DNA of 64,000 bases. It comes from Prolixibacteraceae bacterium. Lineage in GTDB: Bacteria; Bacteroidota; Bacteroidia; Bacteroidales; Prolixibacteraceae. Where the stretch lies: contig JALOCD010000004.1 in the NCBI GenBank assembly GCA_023228025.1, positions 3,860-67,859 of the forward strand, given 5' to 3'. Of this stretch, positions 55,194 through 64,000 are shown one piece after another (within the stretch, counting starts at the first letter, position 1; the number at the start of each line of letters is the position of its first letter). Below the pieces are notes generated by a model that saw only the letters and a list, made by a program, of their open reading frames with translations, searched no databases and had not been told where the DNA came from. The translations under genes and the position numbers were made by a program.

Positions 55194-55232
55194 ATAATGG
55201 ACAATTGACAATTGAAAATTGACAATTGAGGG
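55194..55232. repeat. 'caattgtcaat' word-repeat, reverse orientation
   Basis: aataatggacaattgacaattgaaaattgacaattgagg. Confidence 0.8.
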
Positions 55233-55239
55233 TGGATTT

Positions 55240-55563
55240 TCATTTCTCAATAATAAGAAAAATATCTTCATCTTTCTTTTTCATCAGAAATTCTTCTCGT
55301 GCAAATTTATCGAGGTTCTTCGCATTCGCCTTCATCTCCTGCAGATGAATACTGTCTTTGCGGATTTTTTCGAGAAAATAGGCCTTCTCGACGCGGTATT
55401 CCTTTAGTTTGTTGACATTTTTCCGTAGAAAAAATATGTTGTTGTCATCGATAAAAATCATCCAAACGCTGAAAACCATGAAGGCAATCAAATATTTGTT
55501 TGCTAAGGGTTTTATCAGCTTTCGGGAGAATGGCGATTTCATTGAAGCAGGCAGATTTTCCAC
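55240..55563 (-). CDS. septum formation initiator (FtsB/DivIC-like) protein
   Basis: 107 aa, one TM then a coiled coil. The ending ..FAREEFLMKKKDEDIFLI is typical of the family. Confidence 0.6.
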   Translation of the reverse strand: MENLPASMKSPFSRKLIKPLANKYLIAFMVFSVWMIFIDDNNIFFLRKNVNKLKEYRVEKAYFLEKIRKDSIHLQEMKANAKNLDKFAREEFLMKKKDEDIFLIIEK

Positions 55564-55613
55564 ACAAAGTTAGAAAATCTGCCTGCAATAAAAAGTGGTA
55601 AAAAGTGGAATTC

Positions 55614-57248
55614 TTATTTATCTGCCTGAAAATTGGGATAGGTAAAGTCCCGGGCAGAGACAAAGGTCTCTTTGATGGTACGGATAGAAACCCAGCGGAG
55701 CATGTTGAAAACTGAGCCCGCCTTGTCGTTGGTACCTGATCCCCTGGCCCCGCCAAAAGGTTGCTGCCCAACGACGGCGCCAGTAGGTTTATCGTTGATA
55801 TAGAAATTGCCCGCAGCATTGGTCAACCTTCGGGTCATGTGATCGATCGCGTAACGGCTCTGTGAAAAGATTGCGCCTGTCAGTGCATAAAGGGATGTTT
55901 CATCCAATATGGTCAGGGTTTGTTCCAACTGATCATCTTCATAAACAAAGATGGTAACCACAGGACCAAAAAGCTCCTCCCTCATGGTAATGTACTTTGG
56001 ATCTTTCGCCAGGATAACGGTAGGTTCGATAAAATAACCAACAGATTTATCGCATTTCCCTCCATAGATTACCTCGGCATCCCTATCTTTTCGGGCTTGG
56101 TCGATAAATCCTTTAAGTTTGTCAAAAGCGGCCTCGTCGATCACGGCATTGACAAAATTGGTGAAATCTTCGGGTGGCCCCATCTTTACCCTGCTTAGTT
56201 GGCCCTCGCATTTAGACCATGTTTCGGCCCATATTGATTGTGGAATATAAACCCGCGAAGCTGCTGAACATTTTTGTCCCTGGTACTCGAAGGACCCACG
56301 CACGATGGCTGTCGCCAATGCTGTGGTATCGGCGGATGGGTCCGCAAAAATAAAGTCCTTGCCACCAGTCTCTCCGACAATACGCGGATAGGATTTGTAT
56401 TTCGAGATATTTTCCCCGATTCTCTTCCAAATATCCTGAAAGACCCCTGTTGATCCGGTAAAATGAATCCCTGCAAAGTCGGGATGGGAGAAAATCGCCT
56501 CCCCGGCTTCCGGTCCGGATACGAAGACGAGATTGATTACTCCGGCAGGCAGACCAGCTTCCATCAGTATTTCCATGATCACACTTGCAGCGTAAACGCC
56601 TGTTTTCGCAGGTTTCCACACGGAAACATTTCCCATGATAACCGGGGCCACAGGTAAATTTCCAGCTATGGAGGTGAAGTTAAATGGCGTTAATGCAAAA
56701 ATAAAACCCTCAAGAGGCCTGAATTCGTTGTAATTCCACATACCAGGATTTGACTGTGGTTGCATGGCATAAATATCTGTCATGCATTTTACCCCAAAAC
56801 GATAGAAGTCAGCCAATTCACAGGCAGCATCAATCTCGGCCTGATAGGCATTTTTTGACTGGCCCAACATGGTAGCTGCGTTGATTTTGGACCGGTAAGG
56901 GCCAGCAATAAGATCCGCGGCTTTAAGAAACAGGGCAGCCCTATGTTGCCATGGGGTATTGGCCCACTCATTTCTCGCACTTAAAGCAGCCTCAATCGCC
57001 TGAAGGACGTGTGTTCTATCCCCCTGGTGGTAGCTCCCTAATTTGTGGGCCAAATCGTGAGGCGGGAACATCGCAATTTTTTTTCCGGACCTGACCTCCG
57101 TGCCATTGATGATCATGGGCAGATCTACCTGTTTTGATCGCAACTCCTGAATTTTTTGTTGCAATTCCAGCCGCTCGGATGATCCGGGGGCATAACTTTT
57201 TATAGGCTCATTTACTGGGACAGGTACATTGTAGAATCCGGTTGACAT
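55614..57248 (-). CDS. pruA: L-glutamate gamma-semialdehyde (1-pyrroline-5-carboxylate) dehydrogenase
   Basis: Start trimmed to MSTGFYNVPVPVNEPIKSYAPGS. VGETGGKDF and GQKCSAASR are aldehyde dehydrogenase active-site blocks. About 544 aa. Confidence 0.9.
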   Translation of the reverse strand: MSTGFYNVPVPVNEPIKSYAPGSSERLELQQKIQELRSKQVDLPMIINGTEVRSGKKIAMFPPHDLAHKLGSYHQGDRTHVLQAIEAALSARNEWANTPWQHRAALFLKAADLIAGPYRSKINAATMLGQSKNAYQAEIDAACELADFYRFGVKCMTDIYAMQPQSNPGMWNYNEFRPLEGFIFALTPFNFTSIAGNLPVAPVIMGNVSVWKPAKTGVYAASVIMEILMEAGLPAGVINLVFVSGPEAGEAIFSHPDFAGIHFTGSTGVFQDIWKRIGENISKYKSYPRIVGETGGKDFIFADPSADTTALATAIVRGSFEYQGQKCSAASRVYIPQSIWAETWSKCEGQLSRVKMGPPEDFTNFVNAVIDEAAFDKLKGFIDQARKDRDAEVIYGGKCDKSVGYFIEPTVILAKDPKYITMREELFGPVVTIFVYEDDQLEQTLTILDETSLYALTGAIFSQSRYAIDHMTRRLTNAAGNFYINDKPTGAVVGQQPFGGARGSGTNDKAGSVFNMLRWVSIRTIKETFVSARDFTYPNFQADK

Positions 57249-57417
57249 ATTGTTGATTTTTTGTATTATTGCATTAGATTGAACTGAGCAACTATTAATA
57301 TTGGTCATGCAAATCTAGGGGATCTCTGTCTCAAATTTGCTAATAAATGTCACCTTTATACATTGGAGATAGAATTTGTATTTATTTATGAATCATCATG
57401 TAGCTGTTTGGATATAG

Positions 57418-59508
57418 ATGCCAAAAATAACAGAAAGCGGAATAAAAGGTAAATATGCCCTGTTCCCCAGACAGGAACAGAGGCTTATCATGTTGTTTTT
57501 CTATCTCGATCTCCTGTTGTTGACCGGATCCCTGATAGTCATCACCCTCGATCTGTTTAATTTTTTCCTGGGAAGCTATTTGGTACCGGCCCTATCCTTT
57601 CTGGGCATATTCATACTTGTTCTGTTCTTTCTTAAAGAGGGGAAAAAGAATTCCGCATTAAACTCACTGGTCTTTATTCCCGTCCCTGCCTATTTTCTGA
57701 TGATCTCCCCGCAATTTGCAATTTTCCCTCCTCAATCATCTTTTCAGTACGAAATTTACCTTTACCTGGCCGGTTTCGCATTCTTTTTGCTTTTTTCCGA
57801 AAAAAGACGCCAAATAGCTGCATATGTTATAATTACTACATGTGTCCTTACCGGACATCTTGTTGCCTTTGCCGACAAAAATCTTCTTTTTAAACTAAAC
57901 TGGAACCTTACGGGTACCTTGAACCCCTTATTGATTTATCTTCTTATCAGCCTTTCAGGATTCGTTTTATACCTGATATATCACCGTCGTTTGGCTGTTA
58001 AGAACCTGATCATTGATTCCCTCCGTGAAAATCAAACCCGTATTTTCCATCAATTTTTTGAAGGAATTCTTCGGTTATCGATCGACCGGGATGAATTTGG
58101 AGAACGGACAGGATATACTGTAACTTACATAAATCCAACCTTTGAAGAGTTCTTTGAGGTCAGGAACTCTGAGGTCAGGGAGATGCCTGCGCACCTGCTG
58201 TTTCAAAAATTGTTCAGGGCCGAAGTCGACTGGCAATCCCTGATTGATCCGGTTAAGCGCATCAGGAAAGAGATATTGATCCCGCATACCGGGAAATGGT
58301 TTCGGGTAGGCTCAATTCCTCTTGACAATGATCAGATGATCTTTTTCTTCGAGAACATCACCAGCATTAAAAATACCTTGAAAGAGCTGAATTTCAGCAA
58401 ACACCGTTACAAGCTATTGCTGGAAACCATTCCGGATATGTTTTTCGTGATTGACAAGGATGGAACCTACATCGACTATGTACCTAAATCAGATAGTGGC
58501 ATCGATATGCTTGCCAGTGAAATTATTGGAAGCACAATTTTTGAGGTTGGATTTTCTGCCAGGATGGTCAACCAGGTTAGTAAATCGATAAAAACAGTAA
58601 TTTCTAAAAACAGTATTGAAACCATTGAGTATGCCCTCGAAGTAAAGGGAAAAGGTTCATGCTTCTTTGAGATGCGGATGGTTAAACTCAACTCCAACTC
58701 TGTCATGGCAGTTTCGAGGGACATATCCAAACAAAAATTCGCTGTTCTGGCTATTGAGGAGGCCAGAAAAAAGGCGGAAGAAGCCGACATGCTCAAGGCA
58801 GCCTTCCTGCAGAATATTTCGCATGAGGTACGCACTCCGTTGAATGCCATTGTTGGGTTCTCCAATGTATTGCTAACCGATGAAGTTTCGCGGCCAGAAC
58901 GACTTAACTATTTACAGATCATCACGCGCAATTGTCAGATACTGCTTCATGTTTTCAGCGATACCATCAAACTCTCCAAGATTCAAAGTGGGGTCGAAAA
59001 GGTAGAGAAACAATTTTACAATCTGAATGGATTGGTGAATGACCTTAACCGGCAGTTTATGTATGAAAAGGAACAACTTGAAAAAGACCACCTCAAACTT
59101 ATTCCGGTAAAAGGTAATGACCATCCCAAATTTTCCATTGTTTGTGATGGAAGCAAAATCAAAGACATTATGGAAAGCCTGATGGACAATGCGATAAAAT
59201 TCACGGAAGAGGGTGAGATTGAATTCGGGTACAGGATGGATGGTAATTCGACCATTGAATTTTTCGTCAGGGACACCGGAATAGGAATTCCCGAGGATCA
59301 GTTCGATAAAATTTTCGACCGGTTCTACCAGATTGACTTGAGAATAAAGCGCACCTATGGAGGATCGGGTATCGGACTTTCACTCGCCAACGATTTTGTC
59401 AATATGCTAGGTAGCAAGATTAAAATTGAATCAACTCCCGGAGTCGGATCAAGGTTTTCATTCGCAATTAGTTATGACGATGCCTCCAGTCGACTTAGAA
59501 TTGTATAA
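57418..59508 (+). CDS. membrane sensor histidine kinase (multi-TM N-domain, PAS, HisKA, HATPase_c)
   Basis: 696 aa. H-box FLQNISHEVRTPLNAI, N-box LMDNAIKFT, G-box GSGIGLSLANDF. Confidence 0.85.
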   Translation: MPKITESGIKGKYALFPRQEQRLIMLFFYLDLLLLTGSLIVITLDLFNFFLGSYLVPALSFLGIFILVLFFLKEGKKNSALNSLVFIPVPAYFLMISPQFAIFPPQSSFQYEIYLYLAGFAFFLLFSEKRRQIAAYVIITTCVLTGHLVAFADKNLLFKLNWNLTGTLNPLLIYLLISLSGFVLYLIYHRRLAVKNLIIDSLRENQTRIFHQFFEGILRLSIDRDEFGERTGYTVTYINPTFEEFFEVRNSEVREMPAHLLFQKLFRAEVDWQSLIDPVKRIRKEILIPHTGKWFRVGSIPLDNDQMIFFFENITSIKNTLKELNFSKHRYKLLLETIPDMFFVIDKDGTYIDYVPKSDSGIDMLASEIIGSTIFEVGFSARMVNQVSKSIKTVISKNSIETIEYALEVKGKGSCFFEMRMVKLNSNSVMAVSRDISKQKFAVLAIEEARKKAEEADMLKAAFLQNISHEVRTPLNAIVGFSNVLLTDEVSRPERLNYLQIITRNCQILLHVFSDTIKLSKIQSGVEKVEKQFYNLNGLVNDLNRQFMYEKEQLEKDHLKLIPVKGNDHPKFSIVCDGSKIKDIMESLMDNAIKFTEEGEIEFGYRMDGNSTIEFFVRDTGIGIPEDQFDKIFDRFYQIDLRIKRTYGGSGIGLSLANDFVNMLGSKIKIESTPGVGSRFSFAISYDDASSRLRIV

Positions 59509-59524
59509 TTCGTGCGGGTGATGG

Positions 59525-60310
59525 TTAATGAGAATTTTCGGGATAACGCGTCAGGCACTCCTTTAATGTGCCAAATTGGTAGTTTTTCCGGTTAAAATAA
59601 TGAATCAGGCTCCTTAAGCGCTCAACCAGAACGGTTCCTGAATTCCTCAAAATATAGGAGGGTAATTTCATATCAGGTGACATAAGATCGGCAAACTCCC
59701 AGGGGTGAAAATAGATATTGAGATAGCCATCCTTCAAAATCGCACCTTGACACATCCGTTTGTAAAAGTTGATTGGGAAATTGTGCAGGGATAGCCAAAA
59801 TAGCGGTACCCTGAAGGTTTTGGAGACTGAGGCCGGTATCTGGCAAAGTCCTTTTTCGTAGAAAATCCGTCGTGGCTTATTCAAGTTATAATATTTTCCC
59901 GGTAGGAAGGTAGGGTTTAAGGATGAAAAGTACTTGTACCCCGCCTCTACGACAGGCAAAGCTTCAAGAGGCGCCATATTTGGCATTCTAAATCCAACTA
60001 CCGCAGTCCCGGTCAACTGTTCCAAAATCCTTTTCGATTCGGCAAGATCCTTTTCTTCGAAGGTGGCATGATAATAGCCATGCGAAGCTACTTCATGACC
60101 TTCATTGATCATCCGGCCGATTAGATCAGTTGCATGCATCGCAAAATTCGCGGTACAAAAGAAGGTGGCTTTTACCTTTTCCTCAAGCAGCAAATCGAGT
60201 ATGCGCACTGTTCCGATCTTCGAGATTGACATTTGCTGCTCAAAAATTAGCGTCTTTGTATAAGGAAGCGGATTGTCAAATTCCTCAATATCGAAACTTA
60301 GAAAAATCAT
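59525..60310 (-). CDS. polysaccharide deacetylase (NodB-homology / ArnD-LgmC-like)
   Basis: LSFDIEEFD, KATFFCTANFA, GHEVASHGYYH. Confidence 0.8.
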   Translation of the reverse strand: MIFLSFDIEEFDNPLPYTKTLIFEQQMSISKIGTVRILDLLLEEKVKATFFCTANFAMHATDLIGRMINEGHEVASHGYYHATFEEKDLAESKRILEQLTGTAVVGFRMPNMAPLEALPVVEAGYKYFSSLNPTFLPGKYYNLNKPRRIFYEKGLCQIPASVSKTFRVPLFWLSLHNFPINFYKRMCQGAILKDGYLNIYFHPWEFADLMSPDMKLPSYILRNSGTVLVERLRSLIHYFNRKNYQFGTLKECLTRYPENSH

Positions 60311-60311
60311 T

Positions 60312-61253
60312 TTATTCGGAAGATTTTAGGTTCGTAGACTTTACAATGTACAGCGGCCGGTCTTTAACCTGCATAAACATCTTTCCTATGTAGATTCCGA
60401 TGATACCCAATACACAGAGTTGCAATCCGGAGAAAAAGGCAACCGTAAGAATCACAGATCCCCATCCATAGGAATAATGGCCGGAATAATAATAGGACCA
60501 GATTACATAAGGAAGATACAAGAATGAAAGCAGGGAAATAATAAAGCCAAGATAAACTGCAACATAAAGCGGTCTGATACTTAACGAAGTGACACCGTTA
60601 AAAGCGAATTTCAACATCTTGCGAAAAGTATATTTGCTACTCCCGGAATGCCTGTCATCCGGATGGAAATCAATGGCAACCTGCTTAAAACCAACCCATT
60701 TTATCAAGCCCCTGATAAAAAGGTCATTCTCTTTAAACCGGGTAAACAGATCTGTTACACGCCGGTCCATCAACCTAAAATCAGATGTTCCCTTCTCTAT
60801 TTTGATGCCTGATAGCCAACTGATGAAAGCGTAAAAACCGTTGGATGTTTTGCGTTTCAAATAGGAAAGATTTTCACTCTCTTCCCTGCGGGTATAAACA
60901 ATGTCGAAACCCTCCTCCCATTTGGAAAGAAGCTTGGATATTATTTCCGGGGGATGTTGCAGGTCACAATCCATGGAGATGACGCAATCACCATGCGATT
61001 CATCCAGTCCGGCTTTGAGCGCATTTTGATGTCCAAAATTTCTTGACAATTCGATATAGAAAATCCCCCCCCATTTATTAGAAAGATCAATAATCCTTTC
61101 CAGGGTATCATCCGTACTTCCATCGTCTACGAATATCAACTCAAGATCATAACGAACGTATGGGAAACAGGATTTTATCCGTTCATGAATAACTTCGATA
61201 TTTCCCGCCTCATTGTGCGCCGGAAGTACGATGGAAACAAGTTTCTTCTTCAT
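60312..61253 (-). CDS. GT2 polyprenyl-phosphate glycosyltransferase (ArnC/GtrB/DPM1-like, two C-terminal TM)
   Basis: VSIVLPAHNE, FVDDGSTDDT, MDCDLQHPP, plus two C-terminal TM helices. Confidence 0.88.
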   Translation of the reverse strand: MKKKLVSIVLPAHNEAGNIEVIHERIKSCFPYVRYDLELIFVDDGSTDDTLERIIDLSNKWGGIFYIELSRNFGHQNALKAGLDESHGDCVISMDCDLQHPPEIISKLLSKWEEGFDIVYTRREESENLSYLKRKTSNGFYAFISWLSGIKIEKGTSDFRLMDRRVTDLFTRFKENDLFIRGLIKWVGFKQVAIDFHPDDRHSGSSKYTFRKMLKFAFNGVTSLSIRPLYVAVYLGFIISLLSFLYLPYVIWSYYYSGHYSYGWGSVILTVAFFSGLQLCVLGIIGIYIGKMFMQVKDRPLYIVKSTNLKSSE

Positions 61254-62443
61254 TCTTTTGGATTTGTTAGGTAGTTGTCCGATTTTTTAAACAGCATCTC
61301 GTAGACAATTGTCAGCCAGATCAGTGTGCAAGGCAGCGCCTGCAAGGCATACGGCCTAATGATCTGCGTATACAACGATCGGGGAAACAAATCGGAGGGA
61401 CCGAAGCTTGAAATGACAATCCCGAAGATAATCAGGAACAGACTCCACGCGGAATAGGGACGCGGCTGAATGACAAACCATATTGCTACTCCTGTTAGTG
61501 CAATGATATATGTATTTGGCTCACTCCCTGTACTAAACAATACGGTAAAGATTAAAACGGATGCTAAGGTAAGCAACTGAAAGCTATTTTGCCTGTACTC
61601 CCTGATTCTAAGGTAAGGCAGGGCGAAAAGGAGAAGCGCCCCCAGTAGGACCGGCAGGTTGGAAAATTCAAAATTTCCGGTGGATTTGTGTATCATACCT
61701 AAGAATGATACATTTTGCTGAAGTGCACTTCCATTACCCTGGTTCTTAATAATCAACTCGTTAAACCAGGCCTTGTATTGACCTACGATAAACTCCGTTG
61801 ACGAAATAAACATGGGTAGTACAAAAAATACAATGCCCCAGATGATACTCCAGAGAATCAGCTTTGGTTTATGTTTCGAGAAGAAGAAAAAGGCAAATCC
61901 AACTATTCCGTACAGTTTAACAAAGGTTCCCAGCATAATCATAAAAGCGGCCCAGCCATCCTTCTCCTTTTTGATCAAGGTATAAGACAAAATAATCAGG
62001 GCCGCAGTTGCGGTATTGAATTGCACATTGGTTTGGGCAATAATCATCGAGTTGGTACAAATCAAAAGAATAGCCAGGTGTTGCCAGGGCTTTAGCGGTA
62101 ACTCCTTTACCGCAAAATACATCACCATGGCCAAAAAAACCAGCCAAAGCGTGGCGCCAATCAGGTCAGGCATTAAGGCAAAAGGGGCCATGATGACTCC
62201 AAACACCGGACCATAATGGTTCACATCATCGAAGAACTGTGGACGATGCTGATAGAGCGGAAATTGTTCGATTGTATTTAGAAAAACGTATTTGTAGATC
62301 TTGTAATTGTTGTGCAGACGCCCTGTAAGAAGGTTGAAAATGCCTATAAAGGCCGATATAGCGATCCACAGATAAAGGATTATCCGACCATCCATAACGA
62401 ATGGTCTATTGAAGAAGAGCCTAATTTTCATCCCAGTATGCAT
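61250..62443 (-). CDS. polytopic membrane protein, GT-C-like (DUF2029/GT87-type) glycosyltransferase candidate
   Basis: 397 aa with about 11 TM. N-terminal NNYKIYKYVFLNTIEQFPLYQ....D..HYGPVF loop. 4-nt overlap with the GT2 gene. Confidence 0.45.
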   Translation of the reverse strand: MHTGMKIRLFFNRPFVMDGRIILYLWIAISAFIGIFNLLTGRLHNNYKIYKYVFLNTIEQFPLYQHRPQFFDDVNHYGPVFGVIMAPFALMPDLIGATLWLVFLAMVMYFAVKELPLKPWQHLAILLICTNSMIIAQTNVQFNTATAALIILSYTLIKKEKDGWAAFMIMLGTFVKLYGIVGFAFFFFSKHKPKLILWSIIWGIVFFVLPMFISSTEFIVGQYKAWFNELIIKNQGNGSALQQNVSFLGMIHKSTGNFEFSNLPVLLGALLLFALPYLRIREYRQNSFQLLTLASVLIFTVLFSTGSEPNTYIIALTGVAIWFVIQPRPYSAWSLFLIIFGIVISSFGPSDLFPRSLYTQIIRPYALQALPCTLIWLTIVYEMLFKKSDNYLTNPKE

Positions 62444-62461
62444 ATGGAAACGTCCGATTTT

Positions 62462-63346
62462 TTAGTTTTTCCTTGCCCTGATCAAGCCGCGTCTAAGATA
62501 AGGCGCCTTAAGTTTCCTATCGGTATAGATAATTAAAAATCCGTCCGAATGAGTCGTTTCGAATCCGGATTGCGTCAATGTTGCATTAAGCTCATGTTCA
62601 TCTTCATCATTGTGATAGGTACAAATTGCCACTTTCAACGGTTTTCCATCATTCAAGATTCTTCTGCATCCGCTCAACAATCTGGATTCAGCACCCTCCA
62701 CATCAATTTTCAGAAATGATAGTTTTTCCTCCGGTGAAAAATAATCATCCAGGGTCACACATTTCGTATTTGTCACATCTCCGGCAAATTTGTTCACGAT
62801 TGTCACTTTTCCCTTCCAGGGAGCAAAAGTTGCCTTCAACGGTTCAAGCCACTCTTTGCCACTCTCGAAAAGGACTATCCGATCTGCCTGCTCAACATTA
62901 CTTAAAGCAAAAATACCTTCTGCTGCGCCAATATCAACCAAAACATCACCCTTTTCAACTTTAAAATCGGCAGTTTCGTAGCAATGGGGGCTCCTAATAT
63001 CCTGCTCTCTTCTCAACTCATTGTAACTTAATCTAATTCGCTTTTTATTCCATCTTTTTTTGAAATAAAGCCTTTTATTTTCGTGAATTACGTAACGCAA
63101 TCCGGTTTTCTTGTCATCAAGGACTTCGATAGCGTTTTCGATGTATTCGTCCCTGAAGTAGTATGGAATCATCGCAATTCCACGGTTTTTCACGTAATCC
63201 AGGACCCTGCTCACTTCATCCGAAAGAGGTTCATTCAAACGAGTATAGTAGGCGAGGATATTTTCCCTTAGGAGACACGACACAATTTTTTTTCGAATAT
63301 ATTTGGGTACAATAAGACGGTAGATGCGCGTATTCAGAATATTCAT
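62462..63346 (-). CDS. FkbM-family methyltransferase
   Basis: VLVDIGAAEGIFAL (SAM motif I) and FLKIDVEGAE. Confidence 0.75.
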   Translation of the reverse strand: MNILNTRIYRLIVPKYIRKKIVSCLLRENILAYYTRLNEPLSDEVSRVLDYVKNRGIAMIPYYFRDEYIENAIEVLDDKKTGLRYVIHENKRLYFKKRWNKKRIRLSYNELRREQDIRSPHCYETADFKVEKGDVLVDIGAAEGIFALSNVEQADRIVLFESGKEWLEPLKATFAPWKGKVTIVNKFAGDVTNTKCVTLDDYFSPEEKLSFLKIDVEGAESRLLSGCRRILNDGKPLKVAICTYHNDEDEHELNATLTQSGFETTHSDGFLIIYTDRKLKAPYLRRGLIRARKN

Positions 63347-63790
63347 TTGTTTATAAATTGATTTTCAATTGCCAAATGGAATACCCACCTATTCATTTTC
63401 GGTTGGTGAGATGATTGTCTCATGGGTATTTCATTTGTAAATATTTTGTTTTAAACAGGTCTGATGGAATAACCTGGTTTCGGAAGAAATTTTCATTAAG
63501 TTTATTGATTTCCTGATCACGGGTTTATCATTAAGTTAAAGATACCTATCCTGAACAACCCTATTGGAAGGAAGTTGGATCGGTAAAGTTAAATAAATCA
63601 CTGCCAACATACAAAAATTAAAAAGCTCATGTACCAAACGACAATCGAATTTGAAAAGGATTGAATTATCTGTTCTTTGTATTTTTCCCTCAAATAATCA
63701 GATAGATTGCAAACAAAGCGACTATTTTTTATGAATCTGAACCATTTTCTGGTCATTTTTTAAAATATTCGATTAATTTTAACCAGATTT

Positions 63791-63814
63791 AAATATGGAA
63801 TTTGTTCCATATTT
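63791..63814. promoter_or_regulatory. perfect 10-bp inverted repeat (operator candidate) upstream of the GT4 gene
   Basis: AAATATGGAA-tttg-TTCCATATTT, 22 nt upstream of the ATG at 63836. Confidence 0.4.
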
Positions 63815-63835
63815 CACGACGAAACTAACTTTTCT

Positions 63836-64000
63836 ATGATCATTGGGTTTGAAGCCAAGAGGCTGTTCCAAAATTTTTCCGGATTAGGTAATTACAGCCG
63901 AAATACCGTGAATTTGTTGGCCAGATTTTATCCCGAGCACCAGTACCTGCTTTTTGCCCCAAAGCTTACGTCGCTTTTTGTCCCTCGTGCACCGGTCGAG
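63836..64000 (+). CDS. glycosyltransferase family 4 (GT-B), N-terminal part; runs off the window
   Basis: MIIGFEAKRLFQNFSGLGNYSRNTVNLLARFYPEHQYLLF. The IGF.AKR.F.N.SGLGNYSR opening is typical of Bacteroidota GT4 enzymes as I remember them. Confidence 0.55.
   Translation, partial: MIIGFEAKRLFQNFSGLGNYSRNTVNLLARFYPEHQYLLFAPKLTSLFVPRAPVE

Noticed and set aside
706-55232. The possibility that the reiterated short words are CRISPR arrays.
   Set aside because: The units are 6-16 nt tandem words with no unique spacers of 25-40 nt between constant repeats. No cas genes are in the window.

Overview
This window looks like a Bacteroidota chromosomal segment. The evidence is TAnnTTTG-type -7 promoter boxes about 20-40 nt upstream of several start codons, two FISUMP-domain lipoproteins, no obvious Shine-Dalgarno usage, and many SpII/SpI envelope proteins. 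I cannot assign a genus. All coordinates were counted by hand and may be off by about 2 nt.

Housekeeping genes are clear: dnaK, panB, an RluA-family pseudouridine synthase, the operon porin O/P-pstS-pstC-pstA-pstB, ribBA, fmt, cdd, recR, holA, pruA, an LptF/G permease, one tRNA-Met(CAU), a GH78 rhamnosidase and three PAS histidine kinases.

Interleaved with them are AT-rich accessory or decaying stretches:
- About 8.4-22.4 kb carries an ATPase pseudogene, a TolC stub, a wHTH stub, an HsdS stub and a Cro/CI-like pair plus a Bro-N gene.
- 35.1-41.2 kb is a co-directional five-gene cluster of secreted proteins of unknown function, next to the tRNA.
- 59.5-64 kb is a glycan or lipid-A-type modification cluster (deacetylase, GT2, GT-C-like membrane protein, FkbM methyltransferase, GT4).

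The most unusual signals are non-coding:
1. Families of low-complexity 'word' repeats that use essentially three letters per strand (C-free, G-free or T-free runs up to 104 nt). They sit at or near stop codons (five begin within about 10 nt of one), and several pair with an inverted partner into hairpins of about 60-190 nt.
2. An array of seven boxes with strict 11-bp phasing, inside a 1.5 kb region with no intact gene.
3. Two rod-like or multi-stem structured elements, at 8549-8710 and 15125-15243.
4. A tRNA-Met with a non-canonical T-loop, followed by a degenerate tRNA-like copy that has its own hairpin.

No CRISPR array, rRNA, intact transposase, integrase or recognisable defence operon was seen.
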